64,000 bases of DNA. Source: Malacoraja senta (lineage: Eukaryota). The notes under the pieces were generated by a model. The model was not told the origin of the DNA and ran no database searches. It was given only the letters and a program-made list of their open reading frames with translations. A program made the translations under genes and the position numbers. Positions 27,283-38,840 of the stretch are shown one piece after another. The stretch covers positions 62,001-126,000 of the forward strand of contig CM075997.1 in the NCBI GenBank assembly GCA_038087875.1, written 5' to 3'. Every line of letters starts with the position of its first letter. The stretch's first letter is position 1.

Positions 27283-28085
27283 CTGTAATAAAGGCAGGCA
27301 CACAGTTCAACTTCGCTCCGAGTTCCCTCTAACACCCGTGGAACCATGCAGCAGAGAGACCGGCCATTCGGCCCGTTCTGTCTATGCCGACCGACATAGG
27401 TCTATAGGTGTAAGAAGGAACTGCAGATGCTGGTTTAAATCGAAGCTGGAGTAACTCAGCAGGTCAGGCAGCATCTCTGGAGAGAAGGAATGGGTGACGT
27501 TTTGAGTCTGAAGAAGGGTCTCGACCCGAAACATCACCCATTCCGTCTCTCCAGCAATGCTGCCTGTCCCACTGAGATCCTCCAGCATTTTGTGTCTACC
27601 TTTGGTTTGAGTCAGCATTTGCAGTTCCTTCCTACACATTATCTTTCCGCTGACTGGTTAGCATGCAACACAAGCTTTTCACTGTACCTTGGTGACAATA
27701 AACTAATCTGAACTAAAGTGAACAAGGGCATTGATGAAGGAAGTGGAAGGGTTGATTTTGCAACAGGAATATAATGATAGAGTGTTAATGTAATCCCTGT
27801 AAAAACCCTGCATCGTTTCTCCAGGAGAGGTCCCCCAGCTGGTGGAATCGGCGCTGAGATACAACCAGTTAAATTATTACACATTTTTATTTCCTGATCT
27901 ATGGGAAGGATCTTGTGGCAGTATTGTGCAGTATTGAACTCAATTAATTCCCAAACGTTTGTTCCCTTTAAATCAAACGCCTTATAAATCTGCATTTATA
28001 CAGGTTAATTCGGGTTTTAAAAAATAACGATCTTTAAGAATAAAGTCTGAATTAACTTAAATTAAGGGGGTTCTGCCGAGGTGAT

Positions 28086-28370
28086 TGTCACAATGCCACA
28101 TTCGGGGTCACATTGTTGACATTTCGGGGTCACATTGTTGCAATTTCATGACATATGGTAACAATTTCGTGTCACAACGTTGCGACTTCATGTCACATTG
28201 TTGCCATTTCGTGTCGCATTGTTGCCACTTTGGGTCACACAGTAACAATTTGATGTCACACTTGCCATTTCGGGTCGCATTTGTTGCCATTTCATGACAA
28301 TATGGTAACAATTTCGTGTCACAACGTTGCCATTTCATGTCACATTGTTGCGATATTTTTTGTCACACTG
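28086..28370. repeat. Degenerate ~21-bp tandem repeat (GTCACATTGTTGCCATTTC-type) at the start of QPCTL intron 1
   Basis: Direct reading. Confidence 0.8.
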
Positions 28371-28405
28371 TTCCAGCTTCACGTTGCCATGTGGTAGCCA
28401 CGTAC

Positions 28406-28592
28406 CTTCCGCCGGCTCCAGTCTTCCTGCACGACATCGGGGGGCCCGGAGGTGAAAGAGAGACCCCAGAACATACCCAGGACCGCGGAGGAGGAACGCG
28501 GCCGAGAGCATGATGACAACGGCGGGGATCCGGCTCAGGCCGGGCCGCTTGTCGGGACGAGAGGAGCGGGGAATCCGCGCTGACTTGGACAT
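28406..28592 (-). CDS. QPCTL: QPCTL (isoQC) exon 1: basic N-terminus plus signal anchor; apparent +1 frameshift near 28487
   Basis: ATG at 28592 (MSKSARIPRSSRPDKRPGLSRIPAVVIMLSAAFLL) and donor AAG|GTACGT at 28406. The exon is 187 nt; removing one base gives a continuous hydrophobic anchor (…AAFLLAVLGMFWGLSF…DWSRRK) in phase 0, as exon 2 requires. Confidence 0.75.
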
Positions 28593-29970
28593 GTATGATG
28601 CACACAGGGCTCATATAGTCAGTGTGCCCCTCTGTTCTCCTCTCCTCTCCTCCCCTCACCTCCCCACTCCTCCCCTCCCCACTCCTCTCCACGCAAATCC
28701 TCTCCTCTCCTCTCCTCTCCCCTCCCCAATCCTTTCCTCTCCTACTCTCCTCCTCTCCCCCACTCTCTTCTCTTCTTCTCTCCCCACACTCGTATGTTCT
28801 GCTTCCCGCTGGCGGTGGAGTCGACGCCGACTGATGACATCCCGACCAGGGAGTGGTTTCCAAACCCACCTCCCCTTTACTGACTGACAAGCTGTGCAGG
28901 AAATGCCTGCAATTTATCCACAGAAAAGGTGACGTGTGAATCATTCGCCCAGGGGGGGGTTTATTTGAGGTGTGTTTAAGGGGCGATGGACAAGATTTAA
29001 TACAGGACACAAAATGCTGGAGTAACTCAGCGGGACAATCCCTGCTCTCCAGAGATGCTGCCTGACCCACCGGGTTATTCAAGCACTCTGTGCCTTTAAA
29101 ACAAATTGCAAACCAGCATCTGCATTTTCTTGTTTAAGAAACAACTGCAAATGCTGGAAAAATCGAAGGTAGACAAGAATGCTGGTCGGCAAGGACCGGC
29201 AGACGGACGTTGGGCCGAAGGGCCTGTTTCCGTGCTCCTACGGCGATATAAACTGGAACATGAATTACATTACTGTGTCGGAAGGAACTGCAGATGCTGG
29301 TTACACCGAAGATAGACACAAAATGCTGAGGAACTCAGCGGGTCAGGCAGCATCTGTGGAGAGAAGGAATGGGTGATAATAGACAATAGGTGCAGGAGCA
29401 GACCATTTGGCCCTTCGAGCCAGCACCGCCATTCAATGTGATCACGGCTGATCATCCCCAATCAGTACCCCGTTCCTGCCTTCTCCCCATATCCCCTGAC
29501 TCCGCTATTTTAAGAGCCCTATCTAGCTCGCGTTTCGGGTTGAGACTGGGGAAGGGTCTTCTCCAGATTCCTTCTATGGTGGGGAGGCCAGTACCTGTGA
29601 TGGACCGGGCAGTATACACCAGTGTACTGCCTGACCCGCTGAGTTGCTCCAGCATTTTGTATCTTCATTTGTTGGGAAGAAGCTGTTTTTGATAATACCA
29701 ATACATTAATAATTAGTAACACTGGGTAACCTTAATACAGGAAAACCAAGGACACAGGCCACAGAAGATCACAGTTGCTGAGGTTAGTGTCGGGCAGTGT
29801 TCAAGAGCCTGATGGTTGTTGGGAAGAAGCTGGTCTTGAACCTGGAGGTCACAGTTTTCAGGCTCCTGTACCTTCTCCCCGGTGGTAGCAGCGAGATGAG
29901 AGTGTGGTCAGGGTGGTGTGGGTCTCTGATGATATTAGCTGACTTCTTGAGGCAGTGACTCGTGTAGATG

Positions 29971-30244
29971 CCTTCGATGGTGGGGAGGTCAGTACCGTGA
30001 TGGACCTTCGATGGTGGGGAGGTCAGTACCGTGATGGACCTTCGATGGTGGGGAGGTCAGTACCGTGATGGACCTTCGATGGTGGGGAGGTCAGTACCGT
30101 GATGGACCTTCGATGGTGGGGAGGTCAGTACCGTGATGGACCTTCGATGGTGGGGAGGTCAGTACCGTGATGGACCTTCGATGGTGGGGAGGTCAGTACC
30201 GTGATGGACCTTCGATGGTGGGGAGGTCAGTACTGTGATGGACC
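29971..30244. repeat. Near-perfect minisatellite, 8 x 34 bp, within an antisense LINE fragment
   Basis: Unit CCTTCGATGGTGGGGAGGTCAGTACCGTGATGGA. Confidence 0.95.
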
Positions 30245-31861
30245 GGGCTGTGTCCACCACTCTCTGAAGCCTCCTTCGTTCTTGAGTGTTTCAGTTTCCC
30301 AGCCAGACCCTGATATAGCCCGTCACCACGCTCTCCACTGTACACTTAGAGAAACTCGAGAGTTTGGCAACTCCACAAAACCTCTGTGGAAGATGTTACA
30401 GTCACAGAGCATTACAGCGTGGAAACAGACCCTTCGGCCCAACTTGACCATTCCGCCCCAAAACTGTATTGGAAGGAAATGCAGATGCTGGTTTAGACTG
30501 AAGATAGACACAAATTGCTGGAGTAACTCAGCGGGTCAGGCATCATCTCTGGAGAAAAAGGAACACATGATGTCTTGGGTTGAAACCCTCTCTAGACTGC
30601 AGTCTGATGGGTTCCGACCAGAAACGTCACCTACTCCCTTTCTCCAGAGATGCTGCCTGACCCACTGGGTTACTCCAGCATTTTGAGTCTATCTTCTAAT
30701 GAGGTAAACATGTAGTTGATAATGGCATTGAAGGGGAGATGTTGGCTGGGTCACAGGGTAATGGTCATAGAACACGAAAACAGGCCCTTCAGCCCAACAC
30801 GACCATGCTGCCCCATCTAAGCTAGTCCCGTTTGCCAGCATTCAACGTGTTTAGAACGGGTGTCAAAGGGTATGGGGAGAAGGCAGGAAAATAGGATTAG
30901 GAGGCAGAGATCAGCCATCTGGAGTAGACTCAATGGGCCGAATGGGCTAATTCTACTATAACTTGTGAATTTGTGATTAGGATCCAATTCTCTCCAAACT
31001 TTTCGCATCCATGTACCCTTGGCCTGGTCTTTTAAATGTTATTATAGTAGCCACCTCAACTACACGTGCCGTCTGCTCGTTCCCATACACCCACCAGTAT
31101 TCCCCATTCACCCCAGACTGACAAACGTGTTGGGCTGCTGCCTCACCTGAGATGGCAAACTCTCTCAGCGAGTTGCTGGGAGAATTGTGGATAATTTGAT
31201 CGGCACGGTGGCGCAGCGGGTAGAGCTGTTGCCTCACAGCGCCAGCGACTCGGGTTCGATCCTGACGGCGGGTGCTGTCGGTACGGAGTTTGTACGTTCT
31301 CCCCGTGACCGCGTGGGCTTTCTCCCACAACCCAAGGACGTGCAGATGTGTAGGTTAATTGGCTTCTGAAAATAGTCCTTAGTGTGTAGGATAGTGCTAG
31401 TGTACGGGCGATCGCTGGTCAATGTGGGCCGATGGGCCTGTTTCCGCGCTGTATCTCCAAAACTGAATTTACAATGCAGGAGGCCGTTCAGCCCATCATA
31501 TCCATCCCAGTCAACAGGCGCTTCATCCCAATCCCAGAAACTGCAATTGGCGGAATCTTGATTAAAAAAAATACAAAGTGCTGGAGGGACTCAGCGGGTC
31601 GGGCAGCATCTGTGGAGGGAAATGAAGAGACAACATTACAGGTCATGAGTCTGACATTGGGGGGCAGAATCCGGTGGGGACACCCCTCAAACACGGGAAG
31701 GGAGATCACTCCAGGAGGCCAGAAGAATGGCAAGGGTGAATGTCGTCCGTCTGAAGAAGGGTCTCGACCCGAAACATTGTCTGTCCAATTCCCTCCACAG
31801 ACGCTGCCCGGCCCGCTGAGTTCCTCCAGCACATCGTTGCTCAAGGTTCCAGCATCTGCAG

Positions 31862-33445
31862 TCTTTATTGTTGAAAAATAAACTTTATTCAATGATAAAA
31901 GATACATACAATACAAAAACCATGCAAAACTCTGAATACATTCTTAGTGCCAATGCATTCAATATTGTTATACCCAGTGGTGCTGGCATCATCCTTTGCC
32001 GTTGCACGTACACCATTGGCACTCATGGGGTGAACTCCCTTCCCTTGTTTGAGGAGTGCCCCCAGCGGTCTCTGCCCCCGAATGTCCAGCAGTGGAAGGA
32101 CCCTAGACTGTGGTCCTCCACCACGAAGAGTGAAAGGCCTGGATAGAGTGGATGTGGAGAGGATGTTTCCACTAGTGGGAGAGTCTAGGACTAGAGGTCA
32201 CACAGGCTCAGAATTAAAGGACATTCTTTTAGGAAGGAGATGAGGAGGAATTTCTTCAGTCAGAGGGTGGTGAATCTGTGGAATGCTTTGCCACAGAAGG
32301 CTGTGGAGGCCAAGTCAATGGATATTTTAAAGGCAGATATAGATAGATTCTTGATTAGTGTGGGTGTCAGGGGTTATGAGGAGAAGGCAAGAGAATGGGG
32401 TTGGGAGGGAGAGATAGATCAGCCATGATTGAATGGCGGAGTAGACTTGTTGGGCTGAATGGCCTAATTCTACTCCAATCACATGACCTTATGAGAGCTG
32501 CACCCACCTTTAGTGTGACCCTCAGCATGTGCTGACTGGTTAGCACGCAACAAGAGCTTTTCACTGTATCTCAGTCTACGGCAGGCCAGTCGGCAACATT
32601 CCCCGACTGGCCATCTCGCTCTGCTGGGAGGTCAACAAAGCTCGGGCAGACCAAAGAGCGTCTTTCACCGAGTTGATGACCTTCCAGCAGCACTCAATGT
32701 CAGTCTCTGAATGCGCCCCTGGGAACAGTCCGTACATCACAGAGTCCTCTGTGACGGAGCTATTCGGAATAAATCGTGACAGGGACACTTGCAAACCTCT
32801 CCAGACTCTCTTTGCGAATCCACACTCTGCGTAGAGGTGGGCAGCCGTCTCCTCTCCATAGCAGCCATCCCGAGGACAGCGTGCGGTGGTAGTGAGGTTC
32901 CGACAGTGCAGGAAGGATCTGACTGGGAGGGCTCCCCTCACCGCAAGCCAAGCCAGGTCTTGGTGCTTGTTGGAGAGTTCTGGCGATGCGGCATTTGGCC
33001 TGACAATCTGGGCAGTCTGCTCTGGGAACCACGCCACAGGATCCATGGAGTAATTTCCCTGGACGTTCCATGCTGACCACTGCCAGATGGACCTGTGTTC
33101 AAGGGTGTAGGAAGGAACTGCATATGCTGGTTTAAACAGTAGACACAAAAGCTGGACTAACTCAGTGGGACAGGCAGCATCTCTGGAGAGAAGGAATGGG
33201 TCGAGTCTGAAGAAGGGTCTCGACCCGAAACGTCACCCATTCTTTCACTCCAGAGATGCTGCCTGTCCCGCTGAGTTACTCCAGCATTTTGTGTCTACCT
33301 TCGATTTAAACCAGCACCTGCAGTTCTTTCCTACATACTGTAGGTAGTGACACTTGGTGCCCACGTGCCTTGGCTCTACGCTCCGCCTGATGTAGCCACA
33401 AACAAAGGTGGCCATCAGGGTGAGAGCAAGAATGTGACCCTCATC
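31862..33445 (-). mobile_element. Fragmented Tx1/L1-like LINE 3' region interrupted by younger CR1 and PLE repeats
   Basis: DLAWLAVRGALPVRSFL…CPRDGCYGEETAAHLYAECGFAKRVW (zf-RVT-type CCHC) at 32576-33090; further pieces at ~33335-33445 and ~31862-32125. Confidence 0.7.
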
Positions 33446-34295
33446 GTCCACTGGCATGCTTCATGACCCATCAGACCCACTCAACCTGTGGTGTCCAGTA
33501 TCTATCTGCAGCCTCTTGTGCCTACATTACCAGAGATGTGGATGTGGAGAGGATGTTTCCGCTAGTGGGAGAGTCTAGGATTAGAGGTCACAGCCTCAGA
33601 ATTAAAGGACGTTCCTTTAGGAAGGAGATGAGGAGAAATTTCTTTAGTCAGGGGGTGGTGAATCTGTGGAATTCTTTGCCACTGAAGGCTGTGGAGGCCA
33701 AGTCGGTGGATATTTTTTAAGGCAGAGATAGATTCTTGATTAGTGCGGGTGTCAGGGGTTATGGGGAGAAGGCAGGAGAATAGGGTTAGGAGGGAGAGAT
33801 AGATCAGCCATGATGGGCCGAATGGCCTAGTGGACTTGATGGGCCGAATGGGCTAATTCTGCTCCTGTCACTTATGAACATGAGTCACAGGACCAACCAT
33901 GCAAAGGGTTTGAAGTCTGATGAAATACACCAAACAAGTGACATTCAAATCACAGTGAGAAACAAGTTTATTACCGGCTAAAACAAAACAAAACTGTGAG
34001 GGGGGGGAAGAGTTTTAAAGTCCGCCACCCCCACCCCCAGTAACAGGACACTGAGCCGGACCTGTTTTGATACTTGTTAAACCGGAAAAAAAGCCTTTTG
34101 AAATCAACCAGCTTTCGTTTGCACGTCGCGCCCAGAGCCCAGGCGTGGGTGGCCAGCGGCCTGTTTTTTGCTAACGGTGAGGTATACGGCACGTTCTCCC
34201 ACAAGGGGAGGTGTTGGGTCTGGCACAGACACGGGGTAATACTTACTGCGGGGCGGGGGAATGGGCAACGGGGTGGGCAGGTGGAATTAAATATA

Positions 34296-35936
34296 TGCAG
34301 GATTTAAGGACTTCGGATGGATGAATGGAGCAAGCACTTGGTGAGAAGCACAAATCGTTATTTATTAATGCAAACACAATTAAAACACAGAAACTCTTAT
34401 CAACTATCAATAACGAAACAATACGAAGATAACTCTTACGCCGCTCTGCGTATTCGAGTCTCCTGTCCGTACTGGGTCACACCACCGTCCAAGATCTCTC
34501 TCTCCCTCTCCTTCGTGAAGCTCTTTTCATTCCCCGAAAATGAAGCTCAAACTCTCATGGTAGAACCCATGCATTTGTATAATAATTTATCACTAAGAAT
34601 AACAGGTGATTGATTATGTGCCAAGCTAGCTACCCCCCTTGGTACCACAATGGCGTGAGTGTAAGAAATGAACTGCAGATGCTGGTAAAATCGAAGGTAG
34701 ACACAAAATGCTGGAGTAACTCAGCGGGACAGGCAGCATCTCTGGAGAGAAGGAATGGGTGACGTTTCGGGTCGAGACCCTTCTTCAGACTGAAGACTAG
34801 AGTTAGGTGTCCCATCAGGCACCCAGCTAGTGGATGTTTGTGTCAAATTTTTAAGTAGTGAGGCTTGTTGCTTTTTATTGGCATGACTGAATGGCAAATC
34901 AAATTCCTCGTAAGTTGCAAAACATACTTGACTAATAAATGACGATTATGATGATTATAACTCACGCCATTGTGGTACCAGGGAGGATAGCTCGCTTGCC
35001 TTTATTCTTAATGATAAAAATATTATACAAACGCATGGTTCTACCATGAGAGTTTGAGCTTCATCTTCGGGGAGAGGAAAGAGCTTCACCAAGGAGAGGG
35101 AGAGGGAAGGAGAGGGAGGGAGAGCGAGTGAGGGAGAGGGAAGGAGGGAGAGGGAGAAGGAAGGAGGGAGAGGGAAGGAGAGGGAGAGAGTGAGAGGGAG
35201 AGCGAGAAAGAGGGAGAGAGAGTGAGGGAGAGGGAAGGAGGAGAAAGAGGGAGAGGGAGTGGGAAAGAAGGGGAAGGAGAGGGAGAGAGGGAGAGGGAGA
35301 GAGAGGGAGGGAAGGAGAAGGAGAGAGTGAGAACGAGAAAGAGGGAGAGAGAGTGAGGGAGAGGGAAGGAGAAGGAGGGGAGAGGGAGAGGAAGGAGAGG
35401 GAGAGAGTGAGAACGAGGGAGAGGGAGAAAGAGGGAGAGAGAGTGAGGGAGAGGGAAGGAGGGAGAGGGAGGGAGAGGGAGAGAGGGGGAAGGAAGAGAG
35501 TGAGACGGAGAGAGAGAGGGAGAGGGAGAGGGAGAGGGAAGGAGAGGGAGAGTGGAACGAGGGAGAGGAGAAAGAGGGAGAGAGAGTGAGGGAGAGGGAA
35601 GGAGGGAGAGGGAGAGGGAAGGAGAGGGAGAGAGGGGGAAGGAGAGGGAGAGAGTGAGAACGAGGGAGAGGGAGAAAGAGTGAGGGAGAGGGAAGGAGAA
35701 GGAGGGAGAGGGAGAGAGAGAGGGAAGGAGAGGGAGATCTTGGACGGTGGTGTGAGCCAGTGCCAGCCAGGAGACTCGAATATGCAGAGGGGCATAAGAG
35801 TTATCTTGTATTGTTTCTTTATTGATAGTTGATAAGAGTTTCTGTGTTTTAATTGTGTTTGCATTAATAAATAACTATTTGTGATCTTCACCATGTGCTC
35901 GCTCCATTCATCGATTCCGAGTCCTTGAATCCTGCA
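34296..35936. repeat. Long imperfect inverted repeat (arms ~34296-34660 and ~34960-35936); right arm expanded by a ~640-bp purine-rich simple repeat
   Basis: E.g. GGTACCACAATGGCGTGAGT (34641-34660) vs ACTCACGCCATTGTGGTACC (34960-34979), and TTATCAACTATCAATAA vs TTATTGATAGTTGATAA. Confidence 0.9.
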
Positions 35937-36758
35937 CGTTTCATTACAGCAGGGGGAGGTGCGGTGAAACTTGTCATGTCCTCCGCTCAGACTACAAGGC
36001 CCCACGGCCAACACTCTGTATCTCTAGTTCCGACGATAGGCACAAAATTGCTGGAGTAACTCAGCGGGACAGGATAGCAACTCTGGAGAGAAGGGATGGG
36101 TGGCGTTTTGTCACCCAGTCAAGACTGGGGAAGGGTCTCAACCCAAAACGTCACCCATTCCTTCTCTCCAGAGATGCTGCCTGTCCTGCTGAGTTACTCC
36201 AGCTTTTTGTGTCTATCTTCTGTTGGAATGGGGGAGAGGGAGGGGAGGGGGGGGGGAAGGGAGGGGAGGGGGGGAAGAAGTTTTTTTCCACCAGCGGTGG
36301 GATGGAGTTGAGGGTCAGCTAATTCTACCTCTGATCCCATGAATCTCAGTTGCTGCCCCCCCCCCCGCCCCCCCGGACCTTTCTAGACACAAGACAAAGT
36401 GCGGGGGCAGGAGAGGGTTCTTTGTACATTCAGTTGTGATTTGATATTTGATCGGTGGAGGTGAAATCAGGCTGAAGTGTTTGATCGAAATTAAATTACT
36501 TTGCAATAATGTACTTTGTATAATGGGGGATTAAAACCAGTCTCTCTCTCTCTCTCTCGCACACTCACACTCCGCGCGCGCACACACACAATCTGTATCA
36601 TGCTTCTTTTTTTCCTCTCGTTATCTTTTCAACACCCATTCCCCATTTCCAAAAGACTTCAAAAAAATTAAATAGCTCTAGCGTAGAGGAGAATGTTCAG
36701 TCAACGAGTGGGGGTGAGGGAGGGCCCCGAAATGTCTGGAGGTGTTAATGCCACCGCT

Positions 36759-38669
36759 TTACCTGCCCTCCTCCCTCTTGGCCGTCTCGCCCGGCAGAAC
36801 CCAATTGTTGTCGTGGATGCCAATCCGGCAACCCAGGGCCTCCCGGTCTTTCCTCCGGCAACACATCCAGTAGGATCGTCCGTAAGGCAGGTCGTGGTGG
36901 TAAGGTTTGGGGTGCCAGCGACAGAGGGACACGTCCCCCCTCTCGTACTGCCGCTTGCACTGCTTGCACGGGTCGTCACGGTACAGGGGGTCCCTGTTCC
37001 AGCGGGAGTCCACGGCCCGCACCCCGTACGCCTCGATCACCCCCTTGAAGTGGTGGCAGGAACACTTGAGTGCGGCCAGCGAGCGGGTGGGCAGGTAGGC
37101 CAGGATCTTGACCGTCACGTGGTCGGGGAGGAGCAGCAGGTATTGCCGCGGCTCCAGGAGCCGCTGGATCTTGAAGCGGATCTCCAGGAAGTCGTGGGAG
37201 ACGTGCCGGTAGAGGCAGTACAGCGGTGGCTCCTTGTCCACCACCTGGGGCCTCAGCAGCACCGAGTTGTTCTCCTCCTTGTCCAGCCGCGGTTTCATCT
37301 CCGCGTCGTCTCCAGGCCTCCTCCCGCCCTCGGACTGAGGACTCTGGGCCAGGGAGTGGAGGAAGAAGAGTTGGCCGGGCGGGGGCTCCTCGCACGAGGG
37401 GCACTTGGAGTCCTGGCTGACCGTCACACACACCCCCTCCTCCTTGTCCCCCGGTGCCCCGTCCCGCCCAAAGACCAGGCACTGGTCAACCCCTCCGGTC
37501 ACCACCACCTCCACGTGGAACCCACTCCTGCAGTCTCTCGAAGACGGGCTCTTCTCGGAGGGAGGGGAGGAGGTGTTGGAGGAGCAGAGGGGCTCTGGAG
37601 GGTCTGTCCGTGGTTCCTGGGCTAGTCGCGCTGGCCCCATCTCCACGTCCAGGTGGTGGTTGTGTTTGGGAGGGGCAGAGGGGGGGGAGGAGGGAGAGGA
37701 GGGGGAGATCTGGTAGAGGTCGCAGGTGATTTTCCCCACTGCCGAGTGGTTGCAACTCATGAAGATGCTGCCCTGCTGCTGGTCGGAGCCCGCTCGCCCG
37801 TCCCCTCCCCCGCCGCTCGCTACCCTGAAGGCGATCCTCACCTCGCCCGCCGGGCACCCCCGGAACCCTCCCTCTGCCCCCTCTTGCCCACTGGGGTGCT
37901 CAGACTCGCCCCCTCCCACCCCCCCTCTTTGGGCGGACTCGATCCTGGCAATGGCTTCGGCAACGCGACTAGTCTCCCCCTCCCCCCCTATCTCCTCCTC
38001 CCCCCCTATCTCCTCCTCCTCCCCCTCCTCTATCTCCCCTATCTCGGAGCTGGGGAGGGGGTGCGTCTCGGAGCCCACCCCGTCCCCGCTGGGTTCAGGG
38101 GGTGGTCGGGGCTGTGCCTGCAGGGTAGAGGTCACCCTCTGCTCCACTCTGGCCACCATCTCGGCCACGGACACCAGCTCGGCCTCGCACAGCGGTTCAG
38201 GGCAGAGGCAGGGGGGGCCCTGGGACGAGTGGCATGGGTCCCTCGAGACCACCGGGACCCCCTTGACTGGCTCGTGAGACGACTTCCTCCTCCTCTTGGG
38301 CTTGGTGCCGTCCATGGCCCAACTGCCCTTGACTTTGACGGCGTTACTCCGCCCATTAGTCCCCACGCCACCACACTGGTGGGCCACAAAGAAGGCTATC
38401 TTCTCCTTGGTGTTGCCTGGCTTGATGACGTACCAGGTGTCCAGCATCACCCTCCCCTCCTCTCCCTGCCCCTCCTCCTGCCCACTCTCCCCTCCACCGC
38501 CCGGTAGGCTGGGGGGCAGAGACGTCTCCAAACCGACCGCCTCATTCTCTTTAGTCTTGGCCTCGCACGCAGCCTTCTTCAGACTGATGCAGCACTGCCT
38601 GTTCTGGAGGTAGGTGCCGAATGGCCTCGGGCACCACAGTCTGATCCGGGAGAATGTGTTCTGCTCCAT
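36759..38669 (-). CDS. FBXO46: F-box only protein 46, single coding exon, 636 aa
   Basis: Family motifs LWCPRPFGTY and LDTWYVIKPGNTKEKIAFFVAHQC; F-box LLLPDHVTVKILAYLP; C-terminal RDPLYRDDPCKQC…CRWHPKPY…HDNNWV…REEGR. Kozak ACCATGG. Splice acceptor tttctcag| lies 78 nt upstream (exon starts 38747). Confidence 0.95.
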   Translation of the reverse strand: MEQNTFSRIRLWCPRPFGTYLQNRQCCISLKKAACEAKTKENEAVGLETSLPPSLPGGGGESGQEEGQGEEGRVMLDTWYVIKPGNTKEKIAFFVAHQCGGVGTNGRSNAVKVKGSWAMDGTKPKRRRKSSHEPVKGVPVVSRDPCHSSQGPPCLCPEPLCEAELVSVAEMVARVEQRVTSTLQAQPRPPPEPSGDGVGSETHPLPSSEIGEIEEGEEEEIGGEEEIGGEGETSRVAEAIARIESAQRGGVGGGESEHPSGQEGAEGGFRGCPAGEVRIAFRVASGGGGDGRAGSDQQQGSIFMSCNHSAVGKITCDLYQISPSSPSSPPSAPPKHNHHLDVEMGPARLAQEPRTDPPEPLCSSNTSSPPSEKSPSSRDCRSGFHVEVVVTGGVDQCLVFGRDGAPGDKEEGVCVTVSQDSKCPSCEEPPPGQLFFLHSLAQSPQSEGGRRPGDDAEMKPRLDKEENNSVLLRPQVVDKEPPLYCLYRHVSHDFLEIRFKIQRLLEPRQYLLLLPDHVTVKILAYLPTRSLAALKCSCHHFKGVIEAYGVRAVDSRWNRDPLYRDDPCKQCKRQYERGDVSLCRWHPKPYHHDLPYGRSYWMCCRRKDREALGCRIGIHDNNWVLPGETAKREEGR

Positions 38670-38840
38670 GGTACGTGCCCCGCCAAGACCTCTCCTCCCT
38701 CTGGCCGATCATTCAGTGCCAACGACACCTCCCGCAGTCAACTCTGCCTGAGAAACAAAACTGGTTTAATTAAATTGTGGTGACCAGTTTGTGTTGAATA
38801 ATTTAACTTTGTGCATATTATTGTCAATAATTAGTTGAAG

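Noticed and set aside
29971..30244. CRISPR-like array of 34-bp repeats
   Set aside because: Repeats are contiguous with no unique spacers, LINE-derived, in a eukaryotic context with no cas genes.
36693..38507. Plus-strand ORFs of 310 and 284 aa
   Set aside because: Antisense shadows of the GC-rich FBXO46 CDS with no recognisable domain.
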